DNA of 64,000 nucleotides, from IMG/VR virus record IMGVR_UViG_3300040944_000171, positions 6,627 to 70,626 of that record. The stretch is one strand, 5' to 3'. Shown here piece by piece: positions 26,101 through 34,788 of this stretch. The first letter of the stretch is position 1, and every line of letters begins with the position of its first letter. Both the position numbers and the translations under genes were made by a program. The DNA is from a virus. The notes under the pieces are model-generated. The model searched no databases and had not been told where the DNA came from. It was given only the letters and a program-made list of their open reading frames with translations.

Positions 26101-26382
26101 CTACCCCCCCCCGTGCGCGTGGGTGTGCAGCGGGGCGGCGCGCTTGCGAAGGTGCCCATAGGAACTCTTGCCGCTACGATGGGTGCGCCCGTGGCGAAGA
26201 TCCGCCTCATGCTGCCAGCGGCGCACGGTGGCCCTCAGCTCGGGCGTGCTCTCCACCACGTCCGCCGTGTCACCCATCCGCCGCCAGGCCACGGCCTCGC
26301 GATACGCCTGTCCCGGCAAGCGGATGGGGCCAGTCCAGCCCTCGTGGCCGCTCGCAGTGACATGGTGGACGTAGAAGCTCAC
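26101..26382 (-). CDS. array protein with C-terminal tag
   Basis: GTG start at TAG-CG-GTG; ends RKRAAPLHTHAHGGG*. Confidence 0.75.
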   Translation of the reverse strand: MSFYVHHVTASGHEGWTGPIRLPGQAYREAVAWRRMGDTADVVESTPELRATVRRWQHEADLRHGRTHRSGKSSYGHLRKRAAPLHTHAHGGG

Positions 26383-26384
26383 CG

Positions 26385-26861
26385 CTACCGCTCCCCGTGG
26401 GCGTGGTGGTGGATGGGGGCACGATGGCGACGGGCCGCGCCGGAGCGGACCGGGAGTGACCTCCGGCCCAGGAGATGCGTCTCCCTCATCTCCTCGCGCT
26501 TCCACCGCTGCGCGGCGGCCTCGGTGCTGAAGTCCTGAAACTCCACGGGCTTGCCCTGCTCATCGACCACCGTGCCGCGCCACTTGCCGTTGGCGAGATG
26601 AGTGATCCTCACCAGGGCGCTGCGGGTGCGCGAGCGTCCGACGGCTGCCCTGATCGCCTTGGCATCGGTGCGCGAGAAGCCGATCATCGGATCCGCCTGG
26701 GCCAGGATGGTCGAGTCGTAGGCGGGATCCCAGGTGATGACACTTGGGCTCCCTGGCGCCTGAGAGATGAGCGCGAAACCACGCTCCCACGGCCGGGGTG
26801 CCAGCATCATCAGCTGGCGCACGCTCCGGGGACTCCCCATCCGCGCCATCCGCCGCCCCAT
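26385..26861 (-). CDS. array protein with C-terminal tag
   Basis: ends RRHRAPIHHHAHGER*. Confidence 0.75.
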   Translation of the reverse strand: MGRRMARMGSPRSVRQLMMLAPRPWERGFALISQAPGSPSVITWDPAYDSTILAQADPMIGFSRTDAKAIRAAVGRSRTRSALVRITHLANGKWRGTVVDEQGKPVEFQDFSTEAAAQRWKREEMRETHLLGRRSLPVRSGAARRHRAPIHHHAHGER

Positions 26862-26863
26862 CG

Positions 26864-27154
26864 CTACCGCCCTCCGTGGGTGTGGCTGTGCAGCGGGGCG
26901 GCGCGACGGCGCGCCAGCCCAGAGGCGAGCAGTGCCCAGTGCGTCCTCCGGCTCCGTCCCTTGACGGCGACATTCACCTGGGTGCTCCCGGCCCACGAGA
27001 TCTCGCGGCCGGTGTCCAGCGTGACCACCACGCGCCCGAGATCCCGACGCACGGCGATGACATCGCGCAGATCAGCGTGCCCGGATCCCGGGTGGTACAC
27101 CTGGACCGCGTCTCCCACTCTCAGCCGCCTAGCGGGGCGCTGGACGAAACTCAC
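26864..27154 (-). CDS. array protein (SH3-like beta) with C-terminal tag
   Basis: ARRLRVGD...; ends RRRAAPLHSHTHGGR*. Confidence 0.75.
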   Translation of the reverse strand: MSFVQRPARRLRVGDAVQVYHPGSGHADLRDVIAVRRDLGRVVVTLDTGREISWAGSTQVNVAVKGRSRRTHWALLASGLARRRAAPLHSHTHGGR

Positions 27155-27459
27155 CGCTGCCGCCTCCCATGGGTGTGGCTGTGCAGCGGGGCGGCGCGGC
27201 CCCGGGGGCGGCCCTTGGCGTGCTGCAGCGCATAGCGCTGGGCAAGCCCCAGGCTGCGGTAGCTGGAGAGTTTGTTCGGACCCGCCTGCTCCTCCACCAC
27301 GAGCCGCTCGCCGCGACGGCGGGCCTCCGCGCGGCGGGCGGGGCTCTGGAGGTTCCGCATCATGCGGACGAACCGTGCCGCATCGCTGCGGCTGGGCAGA
27401 TCAGAGCCCAGCACCACGAAACCGTCGGGCCGCTCCAGGAAGACGCGGTATAGGGGCAT
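27151..27459 (-). CDS. array protein with C-terminal tag
   Basis: ends RGRAAPLHSHTHGRRQR*. Confidence 0.75.
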   Translation of the reverse strand: MPLYRVFLERPDGFVVLGSDLPSRSDAARFVRMMRNLQSPARRAEARRRGERLVVEEQAGPNKLSSYRSLGLAQRYALQHAKGRPRGRAAPLHSHTHGRRQR

Positions 27460-27461
27460 CG

Positions 27462-27671
27462 CTACCGCCTCTTGCGGCGACGCGCTCGGCCCGTGAACGG
27501 CCCCACCGTGACCCGGCCGTTCGGGTGGACGCGCACCCGCATCTTGTAGGCCAAGCTGGGCCACTGCGCGACCTCACCGGGGGTCAGATCAAACTCGATG
27601 TAGCCCGGATGGCGGGTGCCGTCGCCAGCCCGGGCTGCGGCCCGGAAATACTCAGCGATGCTCTGAGACAT
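27462..27671 (-). CDS. array protein with Arg tail
   Basis: ends GRARRRKRR*. Confidence 0.7.
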   Translation of the reverse strand: MSQSIAEYFRAAARAGDGTRHPGYIEFDLTPGEVAQWPSLAYKMRVRVHPNGRVTVGPFTGRARRRKRR

Positions 27672-27674
27672 TGG

Positions 27675-27992
27675 CTACCGACCTCCGTGGCCGTGGGTGT
27701 GGATGGGGGCAGTACGGCGCCGACGGCGTCGGGCACGACCCTCTGGCAGGAGGCGCACCTCGAACTTCTTGCGGCCACCGGGTCGCATGTCCCCGCGCAG
27801 GAAGTACACCTCTGGACGCTTGTGCTCGCCCGTCATGTGCTCCTCCCATACCGCCTCCGCCCAGCGGCGGGCGGTACGGTCATCGGGCGCGTCCACGAGC
27901 ACCATCAGCCCACCCGTGCCAGGTGGCCAGTCACGGGTGTGTCCCACCACGCCCATCATGTCCACATGCCTGGCGATCGGGTACTCGGCCAT
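27675..27992 (-). CDS. array protein with C-terminal tag
   Basis: MAEYPIAR...; ends RRRRRRTAPIHTHGHGGR*. Confidence 0.75.
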   Translation of the reverse strand: MAEYPIARHVDMMGVVGHTRDWPPGTGGLMVLVDAPDDRTARRWAEAVWEEHMTGEHKRPEVYFLRGDMRPGGRKKFEVRLLPEGRARRRRRRTAPIHTHGHGGR

Positions 27993-27994
27993 CG

Positions 27995-28411
27995 CTACCG
28001 CCTCCGATGCCGCGTCGCGGCCGGGTGCGAGTAGGGATGTGCGGGATGGCGGTGGTAACGCACCGCGCGGCGCCGAGCTGTCCCGCCCGCCGCCAACCGC
28101 CTCGCGGCCGCCTTGGCCGCCGCCCCCGAGGGCCACGAGTGGAACACGTCGCCCACCGGGCCGTCGATGGTATCCATGCCCCCGCTAGCATTGAGGCGCT
28201 TGACCCGGAAGATCCTGGCGCCCCCGCCGGGAGGCTGCTGCGACTCGGTGAAGTAGATGCCCCCAGGCCCGGTGTAGCCGACGGCCGGGAACCGGCTGCC
28301 GAAGAACCGGTTGCTCTGGCGGTCGAAGAAGTGGTGCTCCCGGCCCGCCGCGCGAGCACGCTGTAGGTAGAGATCGCGGATCTCATCCATCCCGATCTCA
28401 TCTCGGGCCAT
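27995..28411 (-). CDS. first array protein (phage HFF..RFF.SR family) with degenerate tag
   Basis: HHFFDRQSNRFFGSR...YFTESQ; ends RRRAVRYHRHPAHPYSHP...RHRRR*. Confidence 0.8.
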   Translation of the reverse strand: MARDEIGMDEIRDLYLQRARAAGREHHFFDRQSNRFFGSRFPAVGYTGPGGIYFTESQQPPGGGARIFRVKRLNASGGMDTIDGPVGDVFHSWPSGAAAKAAARRLAAGGTARRRAVRYHRHPAHPYSHPAATRHRRR

Positions 28412-28631
28412 GGCGGCACCCTCCCGGCGGCTGGCTTGCCACCGTACACCGCACCGTACACCTCTCCGGCCCGGGAGGACAAGGGGGTGGCGCGATTGCC
28501 ACTTTCAGTGCATCGCGAAGTAGTCGCGATCCCGACGCGCGACCTCCTTGAGGGCGCGATTCCAGGCGCGGCGACAAGTCGCCGACTCCGGCTCTGGATC
28601 GGGCGGCGGGCTGGCGGCGGTCGGTGCCGGG

Positions 28632-28913
28632 TCAGGAGCGGGGGGCATGACGAACCAGGATCTCCCGCAACAGGGCGCTCATGGATCGACCGTCCCGCAG
28701 CGCCCGCCGCCGGTAGCGGCGGAGCAGGGGATCGGGGAGGCGGAGGGTCACTCTGGGCGTCTTGCCCGCACCGGAGAGCGAGCGCCGTCCCGCAAAGGCC
28801 GCCGGCCCGGGGACGGGCGTCCCGAAGTCGTCAGGTCCCATGGCCTCGAAGCGGTCGGCATAGACGGCCGCCTCGCTCTCGGTGATGCCGTCACGGCGGC
28901 GCGTGAGTGCCAT
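28632..28913 (-). CDS. RHH/CopG antitoxin
   Basis: GRRSL...RVTLRLPDPL...ALRDGRSMSALLREIL. Confidence 0.8.
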   Translation of the reverse strand: MALTRRRDGITESEAAVYADRFEAMGPDDFGTPVPGPAAFAGRRSLSGAGKTPRVTLRLPDPLLRRYRRRALRDGRSMSALLREILVRHAPRS

Positions 28914-29152
28914 CAGAGGTGCCTCGCGTAGAGACGGCGCCAGACCCGTCTCAACCTCATCGCGTGGACGATGGCGGATCCCTCACGGGTCTCCACCACG
29001 CCGACCTCGAGCGGCACGCCGCTGGCGTCGTGGCCGAGATGCATCCTCATCTCGCCTCGGGGAACGACGACCACGGTGTTGCGGTACGCCTCCAGCATCC
29101 GCCGCACCGAGATCCGGTGCCGATGCGCCGACTGAGCGATCCTCGGCTCCAC
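28913..29152 (-). CDS. putative type II toxin (RelE/BrnT-like)
   Basis: SAHRHRIS...LGHDASGVPLEVGVV...IVHAMRLR; coupled to the RHH gene. Confidence 0.7.
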   Translation of the reverse strand: MEPRIAQSAHRHRISVRRMLEAYRNTVVVVPRGEMRMHLGHDASGVPLEVGVVETREGSAIVHAMRLRRVWRRLYARHL

Positions 29153-29370
29153 ATTGAACCGATTATGTCAGACGGCCGAGGGGATGTCACCCGGGGCTCT
29201 GGGGGGCCGGGGGTTGCCCACGGAGATAGGACCTTTGGACGGGATTCTGTCTCAGATCCCCCGGCCCCTCGGCCCCCGATCCTACGCCCTCCCGCCCCCT
29301 AGCACACCGGCTCCGGCGGGGGTAAGATGCCAAGCGCCCCCCGGAAGCCTCGTCCTCCCGGGGGGCGCTT

Positions 29371-29459
29371 TTCCCCACACATCGACCCCAAGGATGCCTT
29401 CTATGGAGCGATTGCCGGGTAGGGTACCACATCTGCACAGGTTGTCCACATCCTCCACA
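29371..29459 (+). promoter_or_regulatory. DnaA-box cluster upstream of the primase
   Basis: TTGTCCACA at 29442-29450 plus degenerate boxes at 29371, 29423, 29431 and 29451. Confidence 0.5.
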
Positions 29460-29485
29460 GGACGTGGGGGTCGGGCACCGGGCCG

Positions 29486-32068
29486 ATGACCGCCTCGGCC
29501 ACCGTCACCCGCTACACGCCGAGCAGGCCCTGCCCCATCTGCGGGGGCAACGACCGGCTCCGGCGGGGCAAGGGGGTGCGCTGCGCCGGGTACCTCACCG
29601 GTGACGGCCGGGTGGCCTTCTGCAGCCGCGAGGAGAAGGCGGGCTCGCTCCAGGTGGCGGGCGACAGTAACTGCTTCCCCCACCGCCTCGAGGGCCGCTG
29701 CGGCTGCGGGGTGAGCCACGGCGAGGCCCCGCCGCCGCCCCTGAGGAGGGCGCCGCGCGACACGAGGCCCTGGCGCCCCGTCGCCCATTACGACTACCAC
29801 GACCGCGACGGCAATGTCCGCTACCAGGTGATCCGCCTGGAGCCCGATCCCAATCCCGATGGCGACAAGCGCTTCACCCAGCGCCGCCCCGACCCGCTCC
29901 ATCCCGGCCGCTGGATCGAGGGGCCGGGGGCCATGGAGAGCGTCCAACTACTGCCGTACCGGCTCCCCGACCTCCTCAAGGATCCCAAGCGCCTCATCCT
30001 CATCGTGGAGGGCGAGAAGGCCGTCGACGCCCTCCGCCGGCGGGGCCTGCCCGCCACCACCTGCCCCATGGGCGCGGGCAAGTGGTGGGACGCGGGCGGC
30101 GACTGCCCCCGCACCGAGCTCACCTCCTGGATGCTCGCCGACGTGGCGGGCCGGGGCGACAACCGCCTCCCCGTCGTCATCGGTGACAACGATGACGCCG
30201 GCCGCCGGGGCGCCGAGGCCGCCTGCCGCGCCTTCGCCGCCACCGGGCTCGACCCCCAGATCCTGGAGCTGGTCGGTGTCAAGGAGCACGGCGGTGCCGA
30301 CGACTGGATCGACCAGGATCCAACCCGCACCGCCCGCGACCTCATCGCCCAACTTCCCGGGCAGCGCTGGCTCGACCTCCATCCCACCGAGGCCCAGGGG
30401 CAGGAGCCAGAGGGCGGCGGAGGGAACGGGGGAAATGGCAATGGCCATCATCCCCAGAGCGACGGCCACGGCTCAGAGCCAGGCCAGGTGCTCCCCGAGT
30501 TCAGCGACACCCGCAATGCGGAGCGCTTTGCCAGCCGCCACGGCGCGGGCGCCCGGTACGACCATACCCGGGGGCTCTGGCGCCTCTACACCGGCACCCG
30601 CTGGCGGCTGGACGGCACGGAGCAGTGCATGACCCTCGCCAAGGAGACGGTCGCCCGCCTCCCCGAGGAGATCCCCGCCTGGTGCGACGACGCTAGGGCG
30701 CGCCACCGCCTCCACCGCGAGATCCTCGCCTGCGAGTCCACCATGCGCCTGCGCGCGCTGCTCGCCAACGCGCAGTCGCGCCTCCACTCGACCCACGAGA
30801 CCTGGGATCCCGACCCCTGGCTGCTCAACTGCGAGAACGGCACCGTCGATCTCCGCACCGGCCAGCTGCACCCCCACAACCCCGACCAGATGCAGTCGCG
30901 GCTCGCCCCCTACCGCTTCGACCCCGACGCCCGCTGCCCGCAGTGGGACGCCTTCCTGGAGCGGGTGCTGGGCGGCGACCACGAGCTGATCGCCTTCGTC
31001 CAGCGCGCCGTCGGTGTCTCCATCATCGGCGAGATCCTGGAGCATGTGCTCTTCGTGCTGTACGGCACCGGGGCCAACGGCAAGTCCACCTTCCTCAACG
31101 TCCTGAGCTTCCTGCTGGGCGACTACGCCCGCGCCGCCGACCCCACCCTCCTCCTCGATCTCGGTCACCCCTCACACCCGACGAACGTCGCCGAGCTTCG
31201 CGGTGTGCGGATGACAGTGATAGCGGAGCCCGAGGGGAAGCTGAACGAGAGCCTCGTGAAGGTGCTGACGGGTGGCGACATCCGGTGGGCGCGGTTCATG
31301 TTCCGCGACGCCTTCACCTATGTGCCCTCGGACATCCCGTGGATGAGCACGAACCACAAGCCCCTCGTCACCGGCAACTCGGAGGGGATCTGGCGGCGGC
31401 TGCGCCTGATCCCGTTCACGGTGCTGATCCCGCCCGAGGAGCGCGACCCCAACCTCGCCCGCCGCCTCCTGCGCGAGGAGGCCCCGGGCATCCTGCGCTG
31501 GTGCGTCGACGGCTGCCTCGCATACCAGCGCCAGGGCCTGGGCCAGTCGCCAGCGGTGGAGCGGGCCACCCGCCAGTACCGCACCGAGATGGACTCGATG
31601 GCCGCCTTCCTGGAGCAGGAGACCATCCCATCGGCGGCCGATTCCGTCTCGGCCGCTGAGCTCTTCCACCGGTACAAGGACTGGTGCGAGGGCTCCGGCG
31701 AGCGGCCGACCTCGCAGCGCTTCCTCGGCCTCCGGCTCAGCGAGCGTGGGCTGACCTCCTTCCGATCCGCGCACAATGGCAACCGCACCCACTGGCGCGG
31801 CCTCCGGCTGCGGATGGTCGGCGAGCAGCTCGCCCTCGCACCCGGTGACGACTCCCTCCTCGCCGACTGCCAGGCCGTCTGCCGAGCGCTCTGGGCCGAG
31901 GGGAAGGAGGCCCGCGAACTCTGCTCGCTCATCCTCCAGACCCACGGCTGGGAGGCTGAGGGCCAGCCGTCCGAGTGGCTGGTGGCGCAGGATCGGGATG
32001 TCCTTGAGGCCATACTCCCCGAGGCGCAGACCTCGCTCGCGGAGATCCGGCAGCGGAAGGGACGGTAA
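29486..32068 (+). CDS. primase-helicase (Zn finger, TOPRIM, D5-N, SF3 helicase, wHTH), P4 alpha/D5-like
   Basis: CPICG; VEGEKAVD; DNDDAG; LLNCENG; GTGANGKST; LTGGD; TNHKP; GIWRR. Confidence 0.92.
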   Translation: MTASATVTRYTPSRPCPICGGNDRLRRGKGVRCAGYLTGDGRVAFCSREEKAGSLQVAGDSNCFPHRLEGRCGCGVSHGEAPPPPLRRAPRDTRPWRPVAHYDYHDRDGNVRYQVIRLEPDPNPDGDKRFTQRRPDPLHPGRWIEGPGAMESVQLLPYRLPDLLKDPKRLILIVEGEKAVDALRRRGLPATTCPMGAGKWWDAGGDCPRTELTSWMLADVAGRGDNRLPVVIGDNDDAGRRGAEAACRAFAATGLDPQILELVGVKEHGGADDWIDQDPTRTARDLIAQLPGQRWLDLHPTEAQGQEPEGGGGNGGNGNGHHPQSDGHGSEPGQVLPEFSDTRNAERFASRHGAGARYDHTRGLWRLYTGTRWRLDGTEQCMTLAKETVARLPEEIPAWCDDARARHRLHREILACESTMRLRALLANAQSRLHSTHETWDPDPWLLNCENGTVDLRTGQLHPHNPDQMQSRLAPYRFDPDARCPQWDAFLERVLGGDHELIAFVQRAVGVSIIGEILEHVLFVLYGTGANGKSTFLNVLSFLLGDYARAADPTLLLDLGHPSHPTNVAELRGVRMTVIAEPEGKLNESLVKVLTGGDIRWARFMFRDAFTYVPSDIPWMSTNHKPLVTGNSEGIWRRLRLIPFTVLIPPEERDPNLARRLLREEAPGILRWCVDGCLAYQRQGLGQSPAVERATRQYRTEMDSMAAFLEQETIPSAADSVSAAELFHRYKDWCEGSGERPTSQRFLGLRLSERGLTSFRSAHNGNRTHWRGLRLRMVGEQLALAPGDDSLLADCQAVCRALWAEGKEARELCSLILQTHGWEAEGQPSEWLVAQDRDVLEAILPEAQTSLAEIRQRKGR

Positions 32069-32090
32069 CGGGGCATCACGGAGGGACGGC

Positions 32091-32954
32091 GTGAGCGACA
32101 AGAGCGTGATCGAGTGGACGGATGCATCGTGGAACCCGGTCACCGGCTGTGCCGAGGTCTCCCCGGGCTGCGACCACTGCTACGCCAAGCGTTTCGCCGA
32201 GCGGTTCCGGGGCGTCCCCGGTCACCCCTACGAGCAGGGGTTCGACCTCACGCTCCGGCCCGAGCGGCTCGACCAGCCCCTTCGGTGGAGGCGGCCCCGC
32301 CGGATCTTCGTCAACTCGATGTCCGACCTCTTCCACGCCGACGTACCCCAGGCGTTCATCGCCCAGGTGTGGGACGTGATGGTCTGGGCGGACTGGCACA
32401 CCTTCCAGGTGCTCACGAAGCGAGCCGAGCGGATGGAGCGCCTCATCAGCAGGGCCTGGGGAGACGAGTTGCTCCGGCGAAAGATCTACCGGAATGTCCT
32501 CGAAAGCCTAGAGCCGCCCGCGAACATCTGGCTTGGGGTGAGCGTCGAGAGCACCGCGTACTACTCCCGCATCCGCCACCTCCAGCGCACGCCAGCCGCA
32601 GTGCGGTTCCTGAGCCTGGAGCCGCTCCTGGGACCTCTGCCCCACCTCCCGCTGGAGGGGATCGGCTGGGTGATCGTGGGCGGCGAGAGCGGCCCCGGGG
32701 CGCGTCCGATGCATCCGCACTGGGTGCGTGACATCCGCGACCAGTGCCAGCGCGCGGGCGTCCCCTTCTTCTTCAAGCAATGGGGGGAGTGGCGCGCCAT
32801 GGAGAGGTGGGGTGAGGGTGACCAGACAGGCCATCTCGGACCACCGACCGTGACGCTGCTCGACGGCTGTCTGCTCCGGCGCGTCGGCAAGCACGCCGCC
32901 GGCCGGGAGCTTGACGGCCGCACCTGGGATGAGTACCCGGTGCGGGCGGCGTGA
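32091..32954 (+). CDS. DUF5131 (phage Gp37/Gp68) radical-SAM-like protein
   Basis: IEWTDASWNPVTGC.EVSPGCDHCYA; FVNSMSDLFH; WVIVGGESGP; FFFKQWG. Confidence 0.92.
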   Translation: MSDKSVIEWTDASWNPVTGCAEVSPGCDHCYAKRFAERFRGVPGHPYEQGFDLTLRPERLDQPLRWRRPRRIFVNSMSDLFHADVPQAFIAQVWDVMVWADWHTFQVLTKRAERMERLISRAWGDELLRRKIYRNVLESLEPPANIWLGVSVESTAYYSRIRHLQRTPAAVRFLSLEPLLGPLPHLPLEGIGWVIVGGESGPGARPMHPHWVRDIRDQCQRAGVPFFFKQWGEWRAMERWGEGDQTGHLGPPTVTLLDGCLLRRVGKHAAGRELDGRTWDEYPVRAA

Positions 32955-33850
32955 TGGCCGCACCGCGACCGCCACTCTTCCCGACCCAGCGCCCGGGCCG
33001 CGATCCGGACATCCTGGATGTCCTGGCCTGGTGGGTCAGCACGGCTCCCAAGGGCCAGGCCCGTGAAGAGCGGATGGAACTCTGCACGCGCTGCCTGGGC
33101 GCCTTGCTGGGGGGGTTGGTCGAGCGGATCAGCCCGGCCTCGATAGGGCTGGCGGGGACGGTGACGGGCACAGCCGCACCGCCCGTCGATGAGGGGGGCG
33201 GCCAGGCCGATCCAGCGCCGCCACCCATCCCTGACCTATCGGAGCGCCTGGCCGTCCTCGAGGCGTGCCGCCGCCATGAGCGCGCCTTCGCCGCCATCAC
33301 CATCCAGGAGGAACTCGGCTGGCGAGGGGCCGACCGGTACGACGCCGTCCGGGCTCACCTCGATGCCCTCGCCGCCATCGGCCACCTCGAGGCCATGCCC
33401 CGCGGCCGGTTCCGTGCTCCGGCGCGGCGCGAGGTGATGAGCGAGGTGCTCCAGGCCCGCCACGGGATCCCCGCCGAGGACGCGGAGCGGATCGCCGGCG
33501 AACTCTCGGAGACCCGACCCGCGCTCCCAGAGACTCCAACCGCCACCGACGGCGGGCAGCCGTATCCTCCCCGGGGCCGCGACCCTGAGCTCGCCGCGAG
33601 CTTCCCCGACCTGGAGATGGAGGCGGCGCGCCGGCGGGCCACGACCCTCAGCAACGGCGCTATCCTCACCCGCGCCATGGTGCTCGACGCCTGCCGTCGC
33701 CTGGACGGTGGTTTCGCTGCCCGCGAGGTGGCCCACGCGCTGGGGGAGAGCGACATCACCCGCCTCTTCACCCACCTCTCCTCACTGGAGCGCGGCGGCG
33801 AGTTGGAGCGGGTGATGAGGGGCCGGTACCGCGTGCGCCGCTACCGGTGA
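32951..33850 (+). CDS. tandem winged-helix protein
   Basis: two wHTH units ending GRFR and GRYR; contains a segment shared with the AAA+ ATPase. Confidence 0.7.
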   Translation: MMAAPRPPLFPTQRPGRDPDILDVLAWWVSTAPKGQAREERMELCTRCLGALLGGLVERISPASIGLAGTVTGTAAPPVDEGGGQADPAPPPIPDLSERLAVLEACRRHERAFAAITIQEELGWRGADRYDAVRAHLDALAAIGHLEAMPRGRFRAPARREVMSEVLQARHGIPAEDAERIAGELSETRPALPETPTATDGGQPYPPRGRDPELAASFPDLEMEAARRRATTLSNGAILTRAMVLDACRRLDGGFAAREVAHALGESDITRLFTHLSSLERGGELERVMRGRYRVRRYR

Positions 33851-34326
33851 CCTCCCCCCTCCCTCCGGAGCGCCGGGCTGAACTCCACGTCCTGGTCGAC
33901 CAACTGCTCGACCAGGAGCCGCTCTGGGAGGGAGCACTGCGCGCGATGATCGCGGTGGTCCGGTACGGCAACGGCCTGAGCCCTCTGCCACCACCGCTGC
34001 CCGCACCCACGCCAGAGCCCGATCCTGACCAACCGCTCACCTGGCGGCAGCGTGGGTTGGAGCCTGAGGCGGGCTTCATCGAGGAGGAGTGCCTGGTCGA
34101 CGCCGAGGGCGATCTCAGCTCCGCCGAGGTCTTCCAGCGTTTCTGCTCCTGGTGGACAGTGAACGCCCTCGGCAAGCCCGGCCGGCAGCCCAGCCGCCGC
34201 CTCCTCGGCCTCCGCCTGAACGACTACGGCTTCGGCCAGTTCCGAGCTGCCAGAGACGGCAACCGGACCCACTGGCGTGGGATCGCCTGGCGCGATCCTG
34301 AGGCGTTTCTGCTCCAACATGGGTGA
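33847..34326 (+). CDS. stand-alone copy of the primase C-terminal winged-helix domain
   Basis: LGLRL..G...FR.A..GNRTHWRG shared with the primase. Confidence 0.75.
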   Translation: MTSPLPPERRAELHVLVDQLLDQEPLWEGALRAMIAVVRYGNGLSPLPPPLPAPTPEPDPDQPLTWRQRGLEPEAGFIEEECLVDAEGDLSSAEVFQRFCSWWTVNALGKPGRQPSRRLLGLRLNDYGFGQFRAARDGNRTHWRGIAWRDPEAFLLQHG

Positions 34327-34607
34327 GAACCCCCACCTCGAGCCTCCGCCGCCCGGCCCGTAGGCGCGATCCGTGGCCTTCTCACGGGCCGCACGAGATC
34401 AGCGTTACAGCATTGACAGCGAGCCGGCCCTTTAATGGCTCGCTCGGAAACGGTCGGCTCTCCCCGTGCGTGCCTCTGCGCGTGGGCGCGCGTGAGCGCT
34501 TTAAACGCCTTTCTGACTGTACAAGGTGTATGCCGAATACGGCCGTGACGCGATTGATTCCCAAGGTGTGAGGAGGATCGCTCCGTTTGGGGGTTTTTGG
34601 AGGCTCC

Positions 34608-34740
34608 GTAGCCGGGCTACCTAGGCTTCGTAGCCAGGCTACCGCCGACGGGTCTGATCTCACCGTAGCCAGGCTACCGCAGGGTCGTAGCCAGGCTACG
34701 AGAGGGGCGTAGCCAGGCTACTGAGTCGTAGCTAGGCTAC
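34608..34740. repeat. six palindromic 13-mers GTAGCCAGGCTAC (candidate iterons or operators)
   Basis: starts at 34608, 34630, 34665, 34687, 34709 and 34728; next to an AT-richer tract. Confidence 0.9.
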
Positions 34741-34788
34741 AGCGTGGGGCATGCATGGGCTACAGGCGGCGTGATAGGGTGCGGAACG

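Larger units (their letters stand above)
22044..28075 (-). repeat. dispersed ~50-bp coding repeat (tag + RBS + stop + next start) separating unrelated genes
   Basis: consensus CGCCGCGCCGCCCCGCTGCACACCCACGCGCACGGAGGGCGGTAGCGATGG; 9 clear copies and 1 degenerate. Confidence 0.9.

Noticed and set aside
22044-28411. Tag array as a CRISPR array or classical integron
   Set aside because: The repeats are coding and degenerate and are separated by whole genes. There is no attC-like palindrome with RYYYAAC/GTTRRRY ends, and no cas or integron integrase gene in the window.
34608-34740. Palindromic repeats as a mini-CRISPR
   Set aside because: The 13-bp repeats and 6-22-bp gaps are too short; the helical phasing fits protein-binding sites.
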